From Bipalium vagum (lineage: Eukaryota): 38,632 bases of DNA. The DNA lies in assembly GCA_037834085.1 (NCBI GenBank), contig JBBMKC010086060.1, forward strand, positions 1-38,632, in the 5' to 3' direction. The position numbers were made by a program, and so were the translations under genes. Numbering within the stretch: the first letter of the stretch is position 1; each line of letters begins with the position of its first letter. Shown here one piece after another: positions 36,827 to 38,632 of this stretch. Below the pieces are notes generated by a model that made no database searches, was not told the DNA's origin, and saw nothing but the letters and a program-made list of their open reading frames with translations.

Positions 36827-37550
36827 CAGTATAACCTGCTTAAACAGAACAAAAATGAAACTACAAAAGTTTATTCTGCTTAAACGATATAATCATTAAA
36901 ATAAAATACGATGTTGTAATTAAATTTTATTTCAAGTTAAAATATTTCGAAATTTTTCTCTGGATCAATTTTTTCTTGAAAAGTCTATCTCTGAGATCAT
37001 TCTCAACGTTAAGTAAGTTGATTTAAATAACTCCATTGTAATTTTCTGTAAAATATTAGTATTCGTTAACTATTTTTAAAGCTTTTCAAACCTCACCAAT
37101 TTCAATTTCATTCGTTTTATCCAATGGTTCTAATTACAGCAATTTCGGATGAACCATGAATATTCTCAGTTTCTTCTTTAATCCTTTAAATCTCGTCTTG
37201 ATTCAAAAAATTCGGCTAAAACATTAGATTCATCTTTAAGTTTTTTCTCAATCAGAGCATTTACATCTTTAGAAGTCTCAAGAATGTTTACTTGTTGCGA
37301 TAAAATTGAATGATGAAATCCATTATAAATTGTTCCTGAGGATATTCTTTCCCAAGCATCCGATATCATTTGAATTGCATCAAAAACATTATTATTGTAT
37401 TCTTGATTTTTGTCAATACAGTTTATTAACTGAACAACCAGACTTTTTCGGTAATTCACTTTAAAATTTTTTATTATTCCTGTATCCATAAGTTGCAACA
37501 CACTTATTGTATTTGATGACAAGAATATCATTTTTATGTTTGTTAAAATA
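36827..37550 (-). mobile_element. pogo/Tigger transposon 3' half (DDE_1 remnant)
   Basis: NIKMIFLSSNTISVLQLMDTGIIKNFKVNYRK...DAIQMISDAWERIS (cf. FLPPNTTSVLQPMDQGII). TA-CAGT terminal repeat at 36825-36830. Confidence 0.85.
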
Positions 37551-38632
37551 CTGTGGAGGCTACGAGGATCAGAGCCGACAGCGACAACAACAACATCACC
37601 AAGCACAGTCTCAACCAATCCCGATAACCAACAGTTATCATAAACTATTCCTTTATTGTGCTTAACAATTCTCCTTTATTGTGTCTCACAATTCTCCTCT
37701 ATGATATTGTGAAATTTTAATTGTTTTATTGTGTTTTTATTTAAAAAGAAAAAAATATATGTATATATCTATTAAATGTATTTTGAAATAATGTAAACCA
37801 ATTTTGACCGAAATGAAGTGAGAAACTGAATAATAATTAAATGATAATTAAATAATATAAAATAAATAAATAAATAAATAAGATGTAATGTAGAATAATG
37901 GATTAATATATAAAATTATTATTAGGAAGGAATTTATATCATTATTATTATTATTATTAGATTCATACAAGAAAATTTTAAAAGGTAACACTAGGTTACT
38001 AAAAATAGAGATTTCGATAGAAATTTTAGAGGCAATTGTTAAAAATAGGGGAAAAATTAATTAGTAAAATTATTTAAGGAAAAAGAAACTTACTAAAAAT
38101 AGAAAAGATGAAAAAAAGAATTATATAAAAGGAAGTAAAATTTTTAAAACAAGGACAACAAAAATATATAATAAAACAAAAAACACTATTATTATTATAA
38201 ATCAAAAAACTCAATTTGGCAATTTCACGCTACGACAACTCAATCCCCACAATAAATCATTGCATATATAACTTCGACGGGCAATTCAATCAGATTCATT
38301 AGAGCGTTAGACAACCATATTAATTTTTAGACATTTCAGGATTTGCAGCGTAACTAAGACAGTATAAATAAGAATCGCAAACTTAATTGAAGACGACAAA
38401 AGAAAAGAGTAAAGTTTAAAAGTCAATCAGACTAAATTCAGTGCAAAATTACAACATAAGTTATTCAGGTTTACTAAAAGAAATCATCATACCAATTCAA
38501 TCAACCAGTCGCCAATTCCATCCGTTTCCATTTATAGGCGCAAGACCCCTAGGATCAATTCAAGTCGTGAGAGTGATTACACTTCCAATTAGTCATCCGC
38601 ACTACCTTCGATTTTACGCCATTCCAATCGAC

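Noticed and set aside
1-38632. CRISPR arrays, rRNA/tRNA genes, prokaryotic operons
   Set aside because: None seen. The sequence is intron-rich animal DNA.

Overview
AT-rich eukaryotic (animal) genomic DNA with no prokaryotic features. Most of the window is one + strand, multi-exon vinculin gene that is 5'-incomplete: the exons for roughly the first 105 aa were not found and probably lie upstream of the window. I traced 15 core exons from 3094 to the stop at 34067-34069, all with GT..AG boundaries and consistent phases. Two further in-frame phase-1/1 candidate cassette exons are present. One is a 222-bp Ser/Thr-rich exon (22521-22742) in the head-tail hinge. The other is a 66-bp acidic exon (30966-31031) in the H4-H5 loop of the actin-binding tail, which the ORF track does not show. 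The hinge has none of the usual polyproline ligand motifs, and the C-terminus continues 4 residues past the canonical PWYQ. The long introns and the 3' flank contain decayed DNA transposons: several mariners, Tc1, DD41D/rosa, pogo/Tigger, piggyBac, probable Helitron and Merlin, and MITEs. Microsatellites are also present. Most short ORFs in the supplied track are spurious or transposon remnants.
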